DNA of 64,000 bases from Eledone cirrhosa (GCA_964016885.1 OZ024740.1:20460001-20524000); one strand, 5' to 3'; positions 1 to 13,242 are shown, counted from the first letter of the stretch. Numbers and translations are program-made. Notes: a model not told the origin generated them from the letters alone.

Positions 1-3000
1 GTTGTACCAACACAGTGGCATGGGATGTGACAAGTTGTACCAACACAGTAGTGTGGGATGTGACAGGTTGTACCAACACAGTGGCGTGGGATGTGACAAG
101 TTGTACCAACACAGTAGTGTGGGATGTGACAAGTTGTACCAACACAGTGGCATGGGATGTGACAAGTTGTACCAACACAGTAGTGTGGGATGTGACAAGT
201 TGTACCAACACAGTGGCGTGGGATGTGACAAGTTGTACCAACACAGTGGCATGGGATGTGACAAGTTGTACCAACACAGTAGTGTGGGATGTGACAAGTT
301 GTACCAACACAGTGGCATGGGATGTGACAAGTTGTACCAACACAGTAGTGTGGGATGTGACAGGTTGTACCAACACAGTGGCATGGGATGTGACAAGTTG
401 TACCAACACAGTAGTGTGGGATGTGACAAGTTGTACCAACACAGTGGCGTGGGATGTGACAAGTTGTACCAACACAGTAGTGTGGGATGTGACAGGTTGT
501 ACCAACACAGTGGCATGGGATGTGACAAGTTGTACCAACACAGTGGCGTGGGATGTGACAAGTTGTACCAACACAGTAGTGTGGGATGTGACAAGTTGTA
601 CCAACACAGTGGCGTGGGATGTGACAGGTTGTACCAACACAGTGGCATGGGATGTGACAAGTTGTACCAACACAGTAGTGTGGGATGTGACAAGTTGTAC
701 CAACACAGTGGCATGGGATGTGACAAGTTGTACCAACACAGTAGTGTGGGATGTGACAGGTTGTACCAACACAGTGGCATGGGATGTGACAAGTTGTACC
801 AACACAGTAGTGTGGGATGTGACAAGTTGTACCAACACAGTGGCGTGGGATGTGACAAGTTGTACCAACACAGTAGTGTGGGATGTGACAGGTTGTACCA
901 ACACAGTGGCATGGGATGTGACAAGTTGTACCAACACAGTGGCGTGGGATGTGACAAGTTGTACCAACACAGTAGTGTGGGATGTGACAAGTTGTACCAA
1001 CACAGTGGCGTGGGATGTGACAAGTACCAACACAGTGGCGTGGGATGTGACAAGTTGTACCAACACAGTAGTGTGGGATGTGACAAGTTGTACCAACACT
1101 AGTGTGGGATGTGACAAGTTGTACCAACACAGTGGCATGGGATGTGACAAGTTGTACCAACACAGTGGCGTGGGATGTGACAAGTTGTACCAACACAGTA
1201 GTGTGGGATGTGACAAGTTGTACCAACATAGTAGTGTGGGATGTGACAAGTTGTACCAACACAGTAGTGTGGGATGTGACAAGTTGTACCAACACAGTGG
1301 CGTGGGATGTGACAAGTTGTACCAACACAGTAGTGTGGGATGTGACAAGTTGTACCAACACAGTGGCGTGGGATGTGACAAGTTGTACCAACACAGTGGC
1401 GTGGGATGTGACAAGTTGTACCAACACAGTAGTGTGGGATGTGACAAGTTGTACCAACACAGTGGCGTGGGATGTGACAAATTGTACCAACACAGTAGTG
1501 TGGGATGTGACAAGTTGTACCAACACAGTGGGGTGGGATGTGACAAATTGTACCAACACAGTAGTGTGGGATGTGACAAATTGTACCAACACAGTGGCGT
1601 GGGATGTGACAAATTGTACCAACACAGTAGTGTGGGATGTGACAAGTTGTACCAACACAGTAGTGTGGGATGTGACAAGTTGTACCAACACAGTAGTGTG
1701 GGATGTGACAAGTTGTACCAACACAGTAGTGTGGGATGTGACAAGTTGTACCAACACAGTAGTGTGGGATGTGACAAGTTGTACCAACACAGTAGTGTGG
1801 GATGTGACAAGTTGTACCAACACAGTGGCGTGGGATGTGACAAATTGTACCAACACAGTAGTGTGGGATTTGACAAGTTGTACCAACACAGTAGTGTGGG
1901 ATGTGACAAGTTGTACCAACACAGTAGTGTGGGATGTGACAAGTTGTACCAACACAGTAGCGTGGGATGTGACAAGTTGTACCAACACAGTAGCGTGGGA
2001 TGTGACAAATTGTACCAACACAGTAGTGTGGGATGTGACAAGTTGTACCAACACAGTAGTGTGGGATGTGACAAGTTGTACCAACACAGTAGTGTGGGAT
2101 GTGACAAGTTGTACCAACACAGTAGTGTGGGATGTGACAAGTTGTACCAACACAGTAGTGTGGGATGTGACAAGTTGTACCAACACAGTGGCGTGGGATG
2201 TGACAAGTTGTACCAACACAGTAGTGTGGGATGTGACAAGTTGTACCAACACAGTGGCGTGGGATGTGACAAATTGTACCAACACAGTGGCATGGGATGT
2301 GACAAATTGTACCAACACAGTAGTGTGGGATGTGACAAGTTGTACCAACACAGTAGTGTGGGATGTGACAAGTTGTACCAACACAGTAGCATGGGATGTG
2401 ACAAATTGTACCAACACAGTAGTGTGGGATGTGACAAGTTGTACCAACACAGTAGTGTGGGATGTGACAAGTTGTACCAACACAGTGGCGTGGGATGTGA
2501 CAAGTTGTACCAACACAGTAGTGTGGGATGTGACAAGTTGTACCAACACAGTAGTGTGGGATGTGACAAATTGTACCAACACAGTGGCATGGGATGTGAC
2601 AAATTGTACCAACACAGTAGTGTGGGATGTGACAAGTTGTACCAACACAGTAGTGTGGGATGTGACAAGTTGTACCAACACAGTAGTGTGGGATGTGACA
2701 AGTTGTACCAACACAGTGGCGTGGGATGTGACAAATTGTACCAACACAGTAGCATGGGATGTGACAAATTGTACCAACACAGTAGTGTGGGATGTGACAA
2801 GTTGTACCAACACAGTAGTGTGGGATGTGACAAGTTGTACCAACACAGTGGCGTGGGATGTGACAAGTTGTACCAACACAGTAGTGTGGGATGTGACAAG
2901 TTGTACCAACACAGTAGTGTGGGATGTGACAAATTGTACCAACACAGTGGCATGGGATGTGACAAATTGTACCAACACAGTAGTGTGGGATGTGACAAGT

Positions 3001-4322
3001 TGTACCAACACAGTGGCGTGGGATGTGACAAGTACCAACACAGTGGCGTGGGATGTGACAAGTTGTACCAACACAGTAGTGTGGGATGTGACAAGTTGTA
3101 CCAACACAGTAGTGTGGGATGTGACAAGTTGTACCAACACAGTGGCATGGGATGTGACAAATTGTACCAACACAGTGGCATGGGATGTGACAAATTGTAC
3201 CAACACAGTGGCGTGGGATGTGACAAGTTGTACCAACACAGTGGCGTGGGATGTGACAAGTTGTACCAATACAGTGGCGTGGGATGTGACAAGTTGTACC
3301 AACACAGTAGTGTGGGATGTGACAAGTTGTACCAACACAGTAGTGTGGGATGTGACAAGTTGTACCAACACAGTAGTGTGGGATGTGACAAGTTGTACCA
3401 ACACAGTGGCGTGGGATGTGACAAGTTGTACCAACACAGTAGCATGGGATGTGACAAGTTGTACCAACACAGTAGTGTGGGATGTGACAAGTTCTACCAA
3501 CACAGTGGCGTGGGATGTGACAAGTTGTACCAACACAGTGGCGTGGGATGTGACAAGTTGTACCAACACAGTAGTGTGGGATGTGACAAGTTGTACCAAC
3601 ACAGTGGCGTGGGATGTGACAAATTGTACCAACACAGTAGTGTGGGATGTGACAAGTTGTACCAACACAGTGGGGTGGGATGTGACAAATTGTACCAACA
3701 CAGTAGTGTGGGATGTGACAAATTGTACCAACACAGTGGCGTGGGATGTGACAAATTGTACCAACACAGTAGTGTGGGATGTGACAAGTTGTACCAACAC
3801 AGTAGTGTGGGATGTGACAAGTTGTACCAACACAGTAGTGTGGGATGTGACAAGTTGTACCAACACAGTAGTGTGGGATGTGACAAGTTGTACCAACACA
3901 GTAGTGTGGGATGTGACAAGTTGTACCAACACAGTAGTGTGGGATGTGACAAGTTGTACCAACACAGTGGCGTGGGATGTGACAAATTGTACCAACACAG
4001 TAGTGTGGGATGTGACAAGTTGTACCAACACAGTAGTGTGGGATGTGACAAGTTGTACCAACACAGTAGTGTGGGATGTGACAAATTGTACCAACACAGT
4101 GGCATGGGATGTGACAAGTTGTACCAACACAGTAGTGTGGGATGTGACAAGTTGTACCAACACAGTAGTGTGGGATGTGACAAGTTGTACCAACACAGTA
4201 GTGTGGGATGTGACAAGTTGTACCAACACAGTAGTGTGGGATGTGACAAGTTGTACCAACACAGTGGCATGGGATGTGACAAGTTGTACCAACACAGTAG
4301 TGTGGGATGTGACAAGTTGTAC
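1..4322. repeat. 33-bp minisatellite (GTTGTACCAACACAGT[AG][GT][CT][AG]TGGGATGTGACAA-type unit), ~131 copies, truncated by window start
   Basis: Unit recurs every 33 nt, giving the 11-aa periodicity of the ORF track. Rare 30-bp units at ~1023 and ~3031, and a 31-bp unit at ~1099. Confidence 0.98.
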
Positions 4323-4429
4323 GGTCAGGACTTTAAATATTTTAAATCAAATATTGTTGTTATTGTAGTTAGGTAATTTGTGAAAATCAGAAATCACAGA
4401 AAACAGAAACATCTCTCTGGGCTGACATG

Positions 4430-4602
4430 TATATCTGTTATGTTAAGGTAACATATAACTGTTAAGGCAACATATATCTGTTAAGGTAACATATAACTGT
4501 TAAGGTAACATATAACTGTTTTGTTATGGTAACATAACTGTTATGTTATGGTAACATATAACTGTTATGTTAAGGCAACATATAACTGTTATGTTAAGGC
4601 AA
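4430..4602. repeat. Short degenerate tandem repeat (~19-24 bp, TAAGGTAACATATAACTGT)
   Basis: Motif repeated about 8 times. Confidence 0.85.
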
Positions 4603-4744
4603 AACTAAAATATATATTTGGAATAATGTGCCATGCTTTGTTAGGGTAATCTGTTTTATTGGTATAAAACTGAAATATTTGAGTCTGTTGTGTTAAGGCA
4701 ATATTGAAAAATATATGAGGGGAAATCCCACATATCATCATAAT

Positions 4745-4918
4745 CGTTTTTACATCAATATTTCCACACTTGCATTGGTTAAACGGGTCTTTCCTCAGCA
4801 CAGCATCTCTCCACTCATCGTCTTCCTTCGTCATTTCCTCAGTGATTTGAAGTCTTTCTTGGTCTACCTCTACTGCAGCTTCCTTCCACTAGGATTTCCT
4901 GGCACTTCTTCAACCAGT
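4745..4918 (-). mobile_element. RTE LINE 3' fragment
   Basis: Minus strand encodes MTKEDDEWRDAVLRK. Reverse complement resembles the RTE 3' end at 26640-26815. Confidence 0.65.
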
Positions 4919-5299
4919 GATATATATCATCATCATTACCATTTAACACCTTATTTTCATGCTAGCATGGACTAGACAAGTCTCATTGTGAGACAAGTGA
5001 GATCAGGTGACTGTGTCTTGCTCATACATATATGAAAAAAAAATCTGTTATGTTTGGACAAAACCAAATTATATATATATCTAGACTAATGTTATTTTAT
5101 GACGATTTGGAATGTTATGTTTGCGTAAAACTGAACTATATAAATATTTACATATATATTTCATTTACATAACACGTGAACAATCTCACTTTTTAAATTT
5201 ATATCTTGGAGTAATTTCCCTTGGTGTAATACGTCTTTCTTTTCCTCGTAAAATTGCGTTTTTAGCACGCATTACTTTTAACGGTATCTCACCTAAAAA

Positions 5300-6930
5300 A
5301 TAAACGCAACCATGCCTCTCCTGGTCTTGATGGTGTTACGTACCTGCTTCTTAAACGTGGTGGGTACTTCCTTCTGCACCAGTTATCACGCTTCTTCCAA
5401 TTCTGTCTGAACAACAGTGCTACTCCAGAACAGTGGAAAACTGCCAGTGTCATTCCTCTGTTCAAAAAGGGTGACCACGCATCACCTGTGAACTATCGTC
5501 CAGTCAGTCTTACTAGTTGCATTGCCAAACTGATGGAATCCTGTGTCAGAGAAACACTTTGGAACTTCTGGAGCTCTCACAGTCTTATCCGGCCCTCGCA
5601 ATTTGGATTTATCCCCAACTCCAGCTGCTGTGATCAACTTATCGAGTTTCTTGAGGACATCACCCGGATCACTGGCGGCTCATGGGTGGATGTTGTTTAC
5701 CTTGACTTTGCGAAAGCCTTCAATTCTGTGCCACACAAAAGGCTTATGGCAAAACTCTCTGCAATGGGTGTGAAGGGTGATCTTTTTAACTGGCTGAAGT
5801 CCTTCATTTTCGGTCGAAGAGAAGTAGTCACGGTTCTGGGACAGCATTCCTCACCATATGAGATGTCATCTGGTGTACCACAGGGATCTGTTCTTGGCCC
5901 CCTTTTGTTTGTGGCATATATTAATGACATAGATGCCAACTTAAAGAATGCCACAGTAGTACTAAAGTACGCAGATGACATCAGGCTGTACCTTGAGATA
6001 AACAGGACAGATCCTGAATACTATAGATCTTGCTTGCAGTCTGACCTGGACACAATGCAACAATGGATCTCAGACTGGCAACTCAAGCTAGCTGTGGACA
6101 AGTGCACCACCATGCATTTTGGGAGTAAAAACCCAGTGTCCACATACTCCCTCCACAACACTAATATCAAGAAGTCTTCATGTGAACGTGACCTGAGCAT
6201 TACTGTCAGCAGCGATTTGCGTTGGACGAAGCACGTCTCTAAAATTGTCAAGAGGGCCGAGGGTGTCTTAGCATCACTCAACAAGACCTTTGTCAGCCGC
6301 TCCCCAGCTATCTATTTAAGGCTGTACATGGCTATGGTGCGGCCACACCTAGAATTTGCATCACTAGTCTGGAACCCCTATCTTGCTCAGAACATTGACC
6401 GCCTGCAAACTGTTCAGAGACGTGCAACCAAGCGAATACCCCCCATCAGGCATCTACCACACTCTGAGCACCTTGCTTCCCTGGGCATGGATACATTGAA
6501 GCTCCGACGCCTGGCAACTGACTTGGTAAACACCCACACAATTGTTAACCATCTTGCCAACAACAACCCTGAGTACCTTTTTGATTTCCATGTGTCTAAA
6601 ACACGTGGGCATGCCCACAAAGTCAGAAAACAGCACAGTTCCCATGACTTTCGGAAACATTTTTTCACGCTCAGAGTTGCTGAAGAATGGAACAAACTAC
6701 CTGCATCGGTTGTTAGCTGTCGAGACACTGCATGCTTTAAGGCCTCCATGCTTCCCGAGATCTGCCAACACTACACCTAATGTTCCCCCTCCATACACAT
6801 ACACACATGTATACCATGACTCATACACTATTCACTTCCCTGACATTTGTATATTATTCTATGTACTATACATACACCTTTGACGAGTTGTAGTGCATCT
6901 GAGCACTTTACACAATAATTTCATTATTAT
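5300..6930 (+). mobile_element. 5'-truncated CR1-like LINE (RT domain, 3' UTR, (TTA)n tail)
   Basis: Open frame from ~5302 (SPGLDG..WKTASVIPLFKKG..NYRPVSLTS..YLDFAKAFNSVPH..GVPQGSVLGPLLF..YADD..VRPHLEFAS.VWNP..FFTLRVAEEWNKLP) to the stop at 6780. Ends in TTCATTATTAT. Confidence 0.93.
5302..6780 (+). CDS. LINE ORF2 reverse transcriptase, partial (no endonuclease, no true start)
   Basis: RT motifs as above. The frame is open upstream of the ORF-track start at 5488. Confidence 0.85.
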   Translation, partial: KRNHASPGLDGVTYLLLKRGGYFLLHQLSRFFQFCLNNSATPEQWKTASVIPLFKKGDHASPVNYRPVSLTSCIAKLMESCVRETLWNFWSSHSLIRPSQFGFIPNSSCCDQLIEFLEDITRITGGSWVDVVYLDFAKAFNSVPHKRLMAKLSAMGVKGDLFNWLKSFIFGRREVVTVLGQHSSPYEMSSGVPQGSVLGPLLFVAYINDIDANLKNATVVLKYADDIRLYLEINRTDPEYYRSCLQSDLDTMQQWISDWQLKLAVDKCTTMHFGSKNPVSTYSLHNTNIKKSSCERDLSITVSSDLRWTKHVSKIVKRAEGVLASLNKTFVSRSPAIYLRLYMAMVRPHLEFASLVWNPYLAQNIDRLQTVQRRATKRIPPIRHLPHSEHLASLGMDTLKLRRLATDLVNTHTIVNHLANNNPEYLFDFHVSKTRGHAHKVRKQHSSHDFRKHFFTLRVAEEWNKLPASVVSCRDTACFKASMLPEICQHYT

Positions 6931-7388
6931 AAACTCTTATAAGCGCCTGCAGATTAGGGCACAATAATGATCCCTCTTTTATTCTGGAGGTCTGGTCAAT
7001 ATTGGGCCTTGAAACCTTAGGTAGCGCTTTTGTTCCGTGCATGAACATAAATAATATAATATTTATATGGAGCTAATCTGATATATTGTGTTAAGGCGTA
7101 ACTGGAAGGTTTGCTGTATACAACATCCACAGTTAGCGGTTACAAAGGGATTTAAAGGTTTTTGGTGGGTGGATATGGGAGGGAGTTAGCCGTTGAGTGG
7201 AAAAGATTGATTACCAAGAGAGAAAAGGCTCTAGTCTTTTGTTGGAGTTAGTTTTAATAAGTACGTACCCATAGAGCTACATTATTCAATGTTTCTCTCT
7301 TTGGGATTATTTTTTTCTAGCAAGTCAATATATGATAGAGATTGTAACCAACAGAGTTATGTCCCTTGCATAAGGGATATAACTCTGA

Positions 7389-7575
7389 ATAATAATAATT
7401 GTTTCTACTTTGGGCACAAGTCCAGCAATTATCATTACATTACTGGAACTTTATTTTATCGACCCCGTAAGGATGAAAGGCAAAGTAACCTCGGCGAGAT
7501 TTGAACTCAGACCGTAAAGGGACATAACTATGCTGCAAATCATGGCGTCCGACTCTACCGATACTGCCAATCCAT
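7389..7575 (-). mobile_element. tRNA-derived SINE (octopus-type)
   Basis: Reverse complement has A/B-box-like GGATTGGCAGTATCGGTAGAG...GAGTTCAAATCTCGCCGAGG, then TTGCCTTTCATCCTTACGGGGTCGATAAAAT and an (ATT)n tail. Nearly identical to 33750-33936. Confidence 0.85.
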
Positions 7576-7791
7576 CATTGTATGGTCACTAAGTGCAACA
7601 GCTTTCAACTTGGTCTTTCTAGCAAAATATGTTTACACACAGCTTCTATATCATATATATATGTTTCTAGTTCCTATACACTGGCTAGCGGTGTTCTCTC
7701 CCTACATAGCTATGGCTCCAGTCTGTAGGAACTAGAGACATATATATATAAGGAAAAGTAATTGAAAATGTCTTTTAAGAATATTTATTTA

Positions 7792-7835
7792 TTTACTTTA
7801 CCGGTTTCACAGTTCTTATGATTTTCAAAAGTAAA
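7792..7835 (-). ncRNA. Degenerate minimal hammerhead ribozyme
   Basis: rc: TTTACTT-TTGAAAA(core mutated)-..-GAA-ACCGGT-A-AAGTAAA. Stem I and palindromic stem III are intact. Confidence 0.45.
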
Positions 7836-7872
7836 ATTTAGATGGAGGGTTTGTGTTTCTGTTGTGGTTTGT

Positions 7873-7940
<68 letters not shown>

Positions 7941-8479
7941 CTCTAGTTCCTACATACCAGCTATCAGAGTTCTGTCCCTACACAATTATGGCTCTTGTAG
8001 GTCTCTCTGTGGTCAGTAACTCAGAACATGTCATTATAGTGTTGCCTGTATCCAGGGCCACAAATCTCTATCACAGTGTATGTATACCTGGGACATACAT
8101 TTGACTATTAAGGGTAGCACCCGTAATCCTTTATTGGGTCTTGTGGCTCATGGAAGGATAAACCAGAGACGTGGACCCTAATGCTTGAAACAGAGTGGTC
8201 TCCACTAAAGACACTGTAGGGCAGATGGATAGGTGGTACTGTTTACCCCGGTGACAGGCTTGTCTTATCCTAAAGTCACCAAGGACACCTCTCCCCATTG
8301 ATGGATACTTATAGTTAAATTGGAGTGTAGGTGGAATTACAAATCCTGTGATTACCTTGAAAGGGGTTGGCATTAGGACATACCTCTAAAGGGGTTGGCA
8401 TTAGGACATACCTCTAAAGGGGTTGGCATTAGGAAGGACAAGACAACCTCATCTGAGCTGGTGCTACAATAATATGCAC

Positions 8480-8640
8480 CCAGTACCAGCTGTAAAGTGG
8501 TTGTCATTAGGAAAGGCATCCAGTGATAGAAACCATGTGTAAACTAGAATATTTGCAAGTAAGATGTGGTCCAGCAACCCGCTTACGACAGTCATAATCC
8601 ACCCAGCCCATGCCAGAATGGAAAATAGATTGTATGATAT
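8480..8640 (+). mobile_element. SINE/RTE-tail repeat (TGTAAAGTGGTTGGCRTTAGGAAGGGCATCCAGCTGTAGAAA...CATGCYAGCATGGAA). Other copies at ~9820-9975, 15950-16090, 22415-22545(-), 23490-23722, 43005-43060
   Basis: Same blocks recur in several dispersed copies and also form the 3' end of the RTE at 22599-23722. Confidence 0.75.
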
Positions 8641-11611
8641 AAGTGACACTGACAGATGTAGTTTTTAAAGATGAGATTTTTCTTTTGGCCATTGACAGAA
8701 TTTAGACATGAAATTAAAATGGTGAGGGTTGACTTTTGTTGTTAATGTTTTTAAATTTATTAAAAAACAAACAAACAAATTCTTGTCCTATTCCACAGTC
8801 GTGAGATTTGACAAAAATATGGTGATATATATATATAATATGTGAAACTAAGTCATCGCTACTTGACAACATTTATGTGTATCACAGTAGCAGCAACTGT
8901 AAAGTATAAACTTTATATAAATAGGTGAGATTATACCATATGTATATGTATTGAGTACTTATATTTTCTTGTTTGTGTATGTATGTATCAGGTCACTCTT
9001 GGGTGCTACTGGTAACATGTAACCCAGTACAACCTGTCGCATGGTCGGGTCGTCAGCGACTAAACCGGCAACCCCACCAAGTTTACTTGGTGGGGAATGT
9101 GTTTTGGACACCCTGCAGGACAAAAAGCAAAACCTAACAAAAGGCGGAAGAACTCATAAGAGTCAACAGCCATCCAAAAATATGTATATATGTATATACT
9201 TGTATGCAAATGTATATATATGTGCGGGAACATAGAAATAATCAGGCTGGATACCCAATCGGCCGGTTAAACCAGTGGAAGTGAAGGACCCCTAGCCTTT
9301 GTCAGGGCATTTTTCTAGGAGAAGGCAACTCAGGAAACTGGGATAATTCTGACATAACACCTGTCGCTCAAGTGGGATTGGCTCAGTGCACAATCTTTCC
9401 TCACTTTAAAAAAAAACCTTCACGCACAGTCATTGTACGATAGAATTAATTAATAATTATTAATAATGTTATATCGTGCAATGGTCATGCTCAATAACGA
9501 GGGGGAAGCCATCATATACATACACACACATAGAGAAGTGATGAAACCTTTTAAAAAATCCACTAGAATCTTACATTCTTTTGATGTTCTATGACAGGTC
9601 ATTCATTTGATTGAGTTATAAATTTTGATGTGTAGTGTGTGTATGTGTATCCACTACTATTGGTATTAATCTGCTTTGTTCATCTGTGCAATATTTTTTC
9701 CTTTCTTCCCCCATATATATATATATATTTGTGTGTATAAATGCAGCAAAGAGAGTGTGTGTATATATTTATACTGTAAAGTGGTCATGATGGCGACACG
9801 ACAAAAAGTGCCCAGCTCACACTGTAAATGTAGTTGGCATTAGGAAGGCCATACAGCCGTAGAAATCAAGTCAAAATCAGTTCTGTATGAGCAAGACAGT
9901 CACCTGACCTCGACTTGCCTCAAATAGGATAACCTGTCTAACCCATGCTAGCATGGAACATGGACGTTAATGATACACTCACATATAAATCACATAATAA
10001 ACATATGAAGACTGAGCTAGAGTTAATATTACAGGGGTCTTTCACATTGCCTGTCATTAAACCCCTTGTTTTCTGTATCTCTCTATATATATACACACAT
10101 TGAGGTATGTACAACAACTAAATTGTAATGATTAGCTGCTTTGGCTTATAAATGGGGTTAAGATTGTAGCCCATTTCTCAGACCTAAAATAGGGGAGGCT
10201 GGCTTATATTCAAGTTTGTACCCACGGGAGAAGACATCTCTAAAATGTTCTTTGGTTTGTCAGTGTTAAGAAAGGGATCAACCAGTTAATTCCATGTCAT
10301 CTGTCTAGAGTTGTTTAGTTCCAGGTCAGCTCTATGACCAAATACATTCCAGTTGTAACCATTCCATTTATTTGAAGGTTATCTAGGTCTTCATTATCAA
10401 GAGTTGTTAGAGCATAGGACAAAATAAAATGCCTTATGATGTTTGTCCTATTTCTGTGTGTGTGTTCTGAGCTCATATCTCACGAAGCTCAGCTAAGCCT
10501 TTGTATTGTTTGAAGATCAGTGAAATAAATTACCAGTCCAGGATGGTGGATTGGTAAAGTTGTTACAGTATTGGATGGGATGCCTTGTTTCTATTTATTC
10601 CAGCTCTTTGTGTTCTAATGTGAAATTGTACTGTGTCCTACTTGGGGCATAAACTTAATCTGTCATCCCCCCCGGTACCGTGAAGGCCTTTACTAGAATC
10701 CATTCTGTTGCAAGCATTTTGACCAGGCCTCTGGTTTGAGGATACCGATTCCCTCCACACTCCCATCTGTCCCAGCGGCCCTGAAGAGTGTCATAGGTAC
10801 TGCTGCCCCACCCCTCCTTCTGACTAAACAGTAAGAAAAAAAATTTTTTTTTTCAAGATAGCAGGGTGTGATCTGAATGCGATTGACTGCTATATCTAGT
10901 AGGTCGAAAGACCATGTAATGGCTTTCTCCTCTCTGTAGTGCTTACTGTGGGATGGCTTAAGGTATCACTACATTGCTAGTTGTTTCAGCACATCATTGA
11001 AATGACTGTGTGTGTGTGTGTGTGTGTGTGTGTAGGAAAAGAATGAAAATATGTAATTAATACTCCACACTTTGATGTTTAACCCCAGGTCAGCCATGGT
11101 CCTGCTGACCAATGATCAAAAAACATTCCAGCTGTGACCATTCTGTCTTTCATTCATCCATAGTATATCTAGGACCTACATTATTGCAATATGTTCATTC
11201 TTGTTTAAGACAATAAAGTATGACTTGAGAGATATTTGGCTGCTATCTCTAGCAGATTGTGTTACCACCAGGGGGTGGCTATATGATATTTGTGCAAAAC
11301 TTGAAATATTCCAAAATTGTTTGTGTTCAAAAGTATTCGTCTTACATAAGTTATTATCTCTCTCTCATCAGAAACCTATATGTATATTTAAACATTTTGA
11401 TAAAAATCAATTCACAACTTTAATCCTGTTGTTTGGTTTCGTTTTTTTCTTTTTCTTCTATATCTTGTTGTTGTTGTTGTTATTTGTCTTATTACACCTT
11501 TAATAATTGAATATATGTCATTGGTATATCTAAACCCCCCCCCCCCCCCCCAATGTATGTGTTTTCTTTATCCTTTTGTAATAAATTGGTTGGAGATAAT
11601 AGATTGGCAGA

Positions 11612-12912
11612 ATCATTCCATGACTTTCGGAAACATTGCTGAAGCATGGAACAAACTACCTGTATCAGTTGTTAGCTGTCGGGAGGACACTTCATCCTTC
11701 AAAACTTCCAGGGAACAAACTACTTGTATCAGTTGTTAGCTGTCGGGAGGGCACTTCATCCTTCAAAACTTCCATGGAACAAACTACCTGTATCAGTTGT
11801 TAGCTGTCGGGAGGACACTTCATCCTTCAAAACTGCCATGGAACAAACTACCTGTATCAGTTGTTAGCTGTCGGGAGGACACTTCATCCTTCAAAACTTC
11901 CAGGGAACAAACTACCTGTATCAGTTGTTAGCTGTCGGGAGGACACTTCATCCTTCAAAACTGCCATGGAACAAACTACCTGTATCAGTTGTTAGCTGTC
12001 GGGAGGGCACTTCATCCTTCAAAACTTCCATGGAACAAACTACCTGTATCAGTTGTTAGCTGTCGGGAGGACACTTCATCCTTCAAAACTGCCATGGAAC
12101 AAACTACCTGTATCAGTTGTTAGCTGTCGGGAGGACACTTCATCCTTCAAAACTTCCAGGGAACAAACTACCTGTATCAGTTGTTAGCTGTCGGGAGGAC
12201 ACTTCATCCTTCAAAACTTCCATGGAACAAACTACCTGTATCAGTTGTTAGCTGTCGGGAGGACACTTCATCCTTCAAAACTTCCATGGAACAAACTACC
12301 TGTATCAGTTGTTAGCTGTCGGGAGGACACTTCATCCTTCAAAACTTCCATGGAACAAACTACCTGTATCAGTTGTTAGCTGTCGGGAGGACACTTCATC
12401 CTTCAAAACTTCCAGGGAACAAACTACCTGTATCAGTTGTTAGCTGTCGGGAGGACACTTCATCCTTCAAAACTGCCATGGAACAAACTACCTGTATCAG
12501 TTGTTAGCTGTCGGGAGGGCACTTCATCCTTCAAAACTTCCATGGAACAAACTACCTGTATCAGTTGTTAGCTGTCGGGAGGACACTTCATCCTTCAAAA
12601 CTTCCATGGAACAAACTACTTGTATCAGTTGTTAGCTGTCGGGAGGACACTTCATCCTTCAAAACTTCCATGGAACAAACTACTTGTATCAGTTGTTAGC
12701 TGTCGGGAGGGCACTTCATCCTTCAAAACTTCCATGCTTCCAAAATTTGCCAACACTATACCTGATACTCCCTCTCCATACACATGCATGCATGTGTGTC
12801 TATACCATGACTCATACACTGTTCACTTTCCTGACATTTGTACATTATTCTATGTACTGTACATGCACCTTTGATGAGTTGTAGTGCACCTGAGCACTGT
12901 ACTCAAGGATTT

Positions 12913-12942
<30 letters not shown>
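11612..12942 (+). mobile_element. CR1-like 3' end containing 17 tandem copies of a 64-bp unit
   Basis: Matches 6638-6930. Unit TGGAACAAACTACCTGTATCAG...AAAACTTCCA starts at 11647, 11711, 11775...12671, followed by the ORF end, 3' UTR and (TTA)n. Confidence 0.95.
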
Positions 12943-12943
<1 letters not shown>

Positions 12944-12985
12944 CGTATTAAATCTCCAGTTGTCAACTTTCTATTTCATTCTTCT

Positions 12986-13242
12986 AGCTTTTGTGGTCCC
13001 TAAAGATAGCTGGGAGTTTATTCTGAGGGATGGCTTATTGATCACATCGAGTTACTATGAAGAGGCCTGTTTACAAAGGCTTTTGGAGTCCCTAAAGATA
13101 GCTGGGAGTTTATTCTGGGGGATGGCTTGTTGATCACATCGAGTTACTATGAAAGAGGCCTGTCTACAAAGGCTTTTGGTCTCCCTAAAGACTGCTGGGA
13201 GTTTATTCTGAGGGATTGTTTGTGCATCAAATCAAGTTACTA
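12986..13242. repeat. ~94-bp tandem repeat, ~2.7 copies
   Basis: TCCCTAAAGAYWGCTGGGAGTTTATTCTG..ATCRAGTTACTA occurs three times. Confidence 0.9.

Noticed and set aside
1-4376. Giant ORFs (YQHSSVGCDKL / WDVTSCTNTVV repeats); superficial likeness to bacterial WDVSxVTN repeats or a CRISPR array
   Set aside because: A 33-bp unit is stop-free in several frames by chance, and a 2-bp deletion at ~1099 swaps frames. There are no unique spacers or cas genes, and the context is eukaryotic.
7480-7575. tRNA-like A/B boxes here and in other SINE heads
   Set aside because: They belong to SINEs; no complete cloverleaf, so no tRNA genes were called.
8990-9510. GC-richer segment resembling a LINE 5' UTR (also 8105-8460)
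   Set aside because: Probably interspersed repeats, but the family and any HDV-like ribozyme could not be established by eye.
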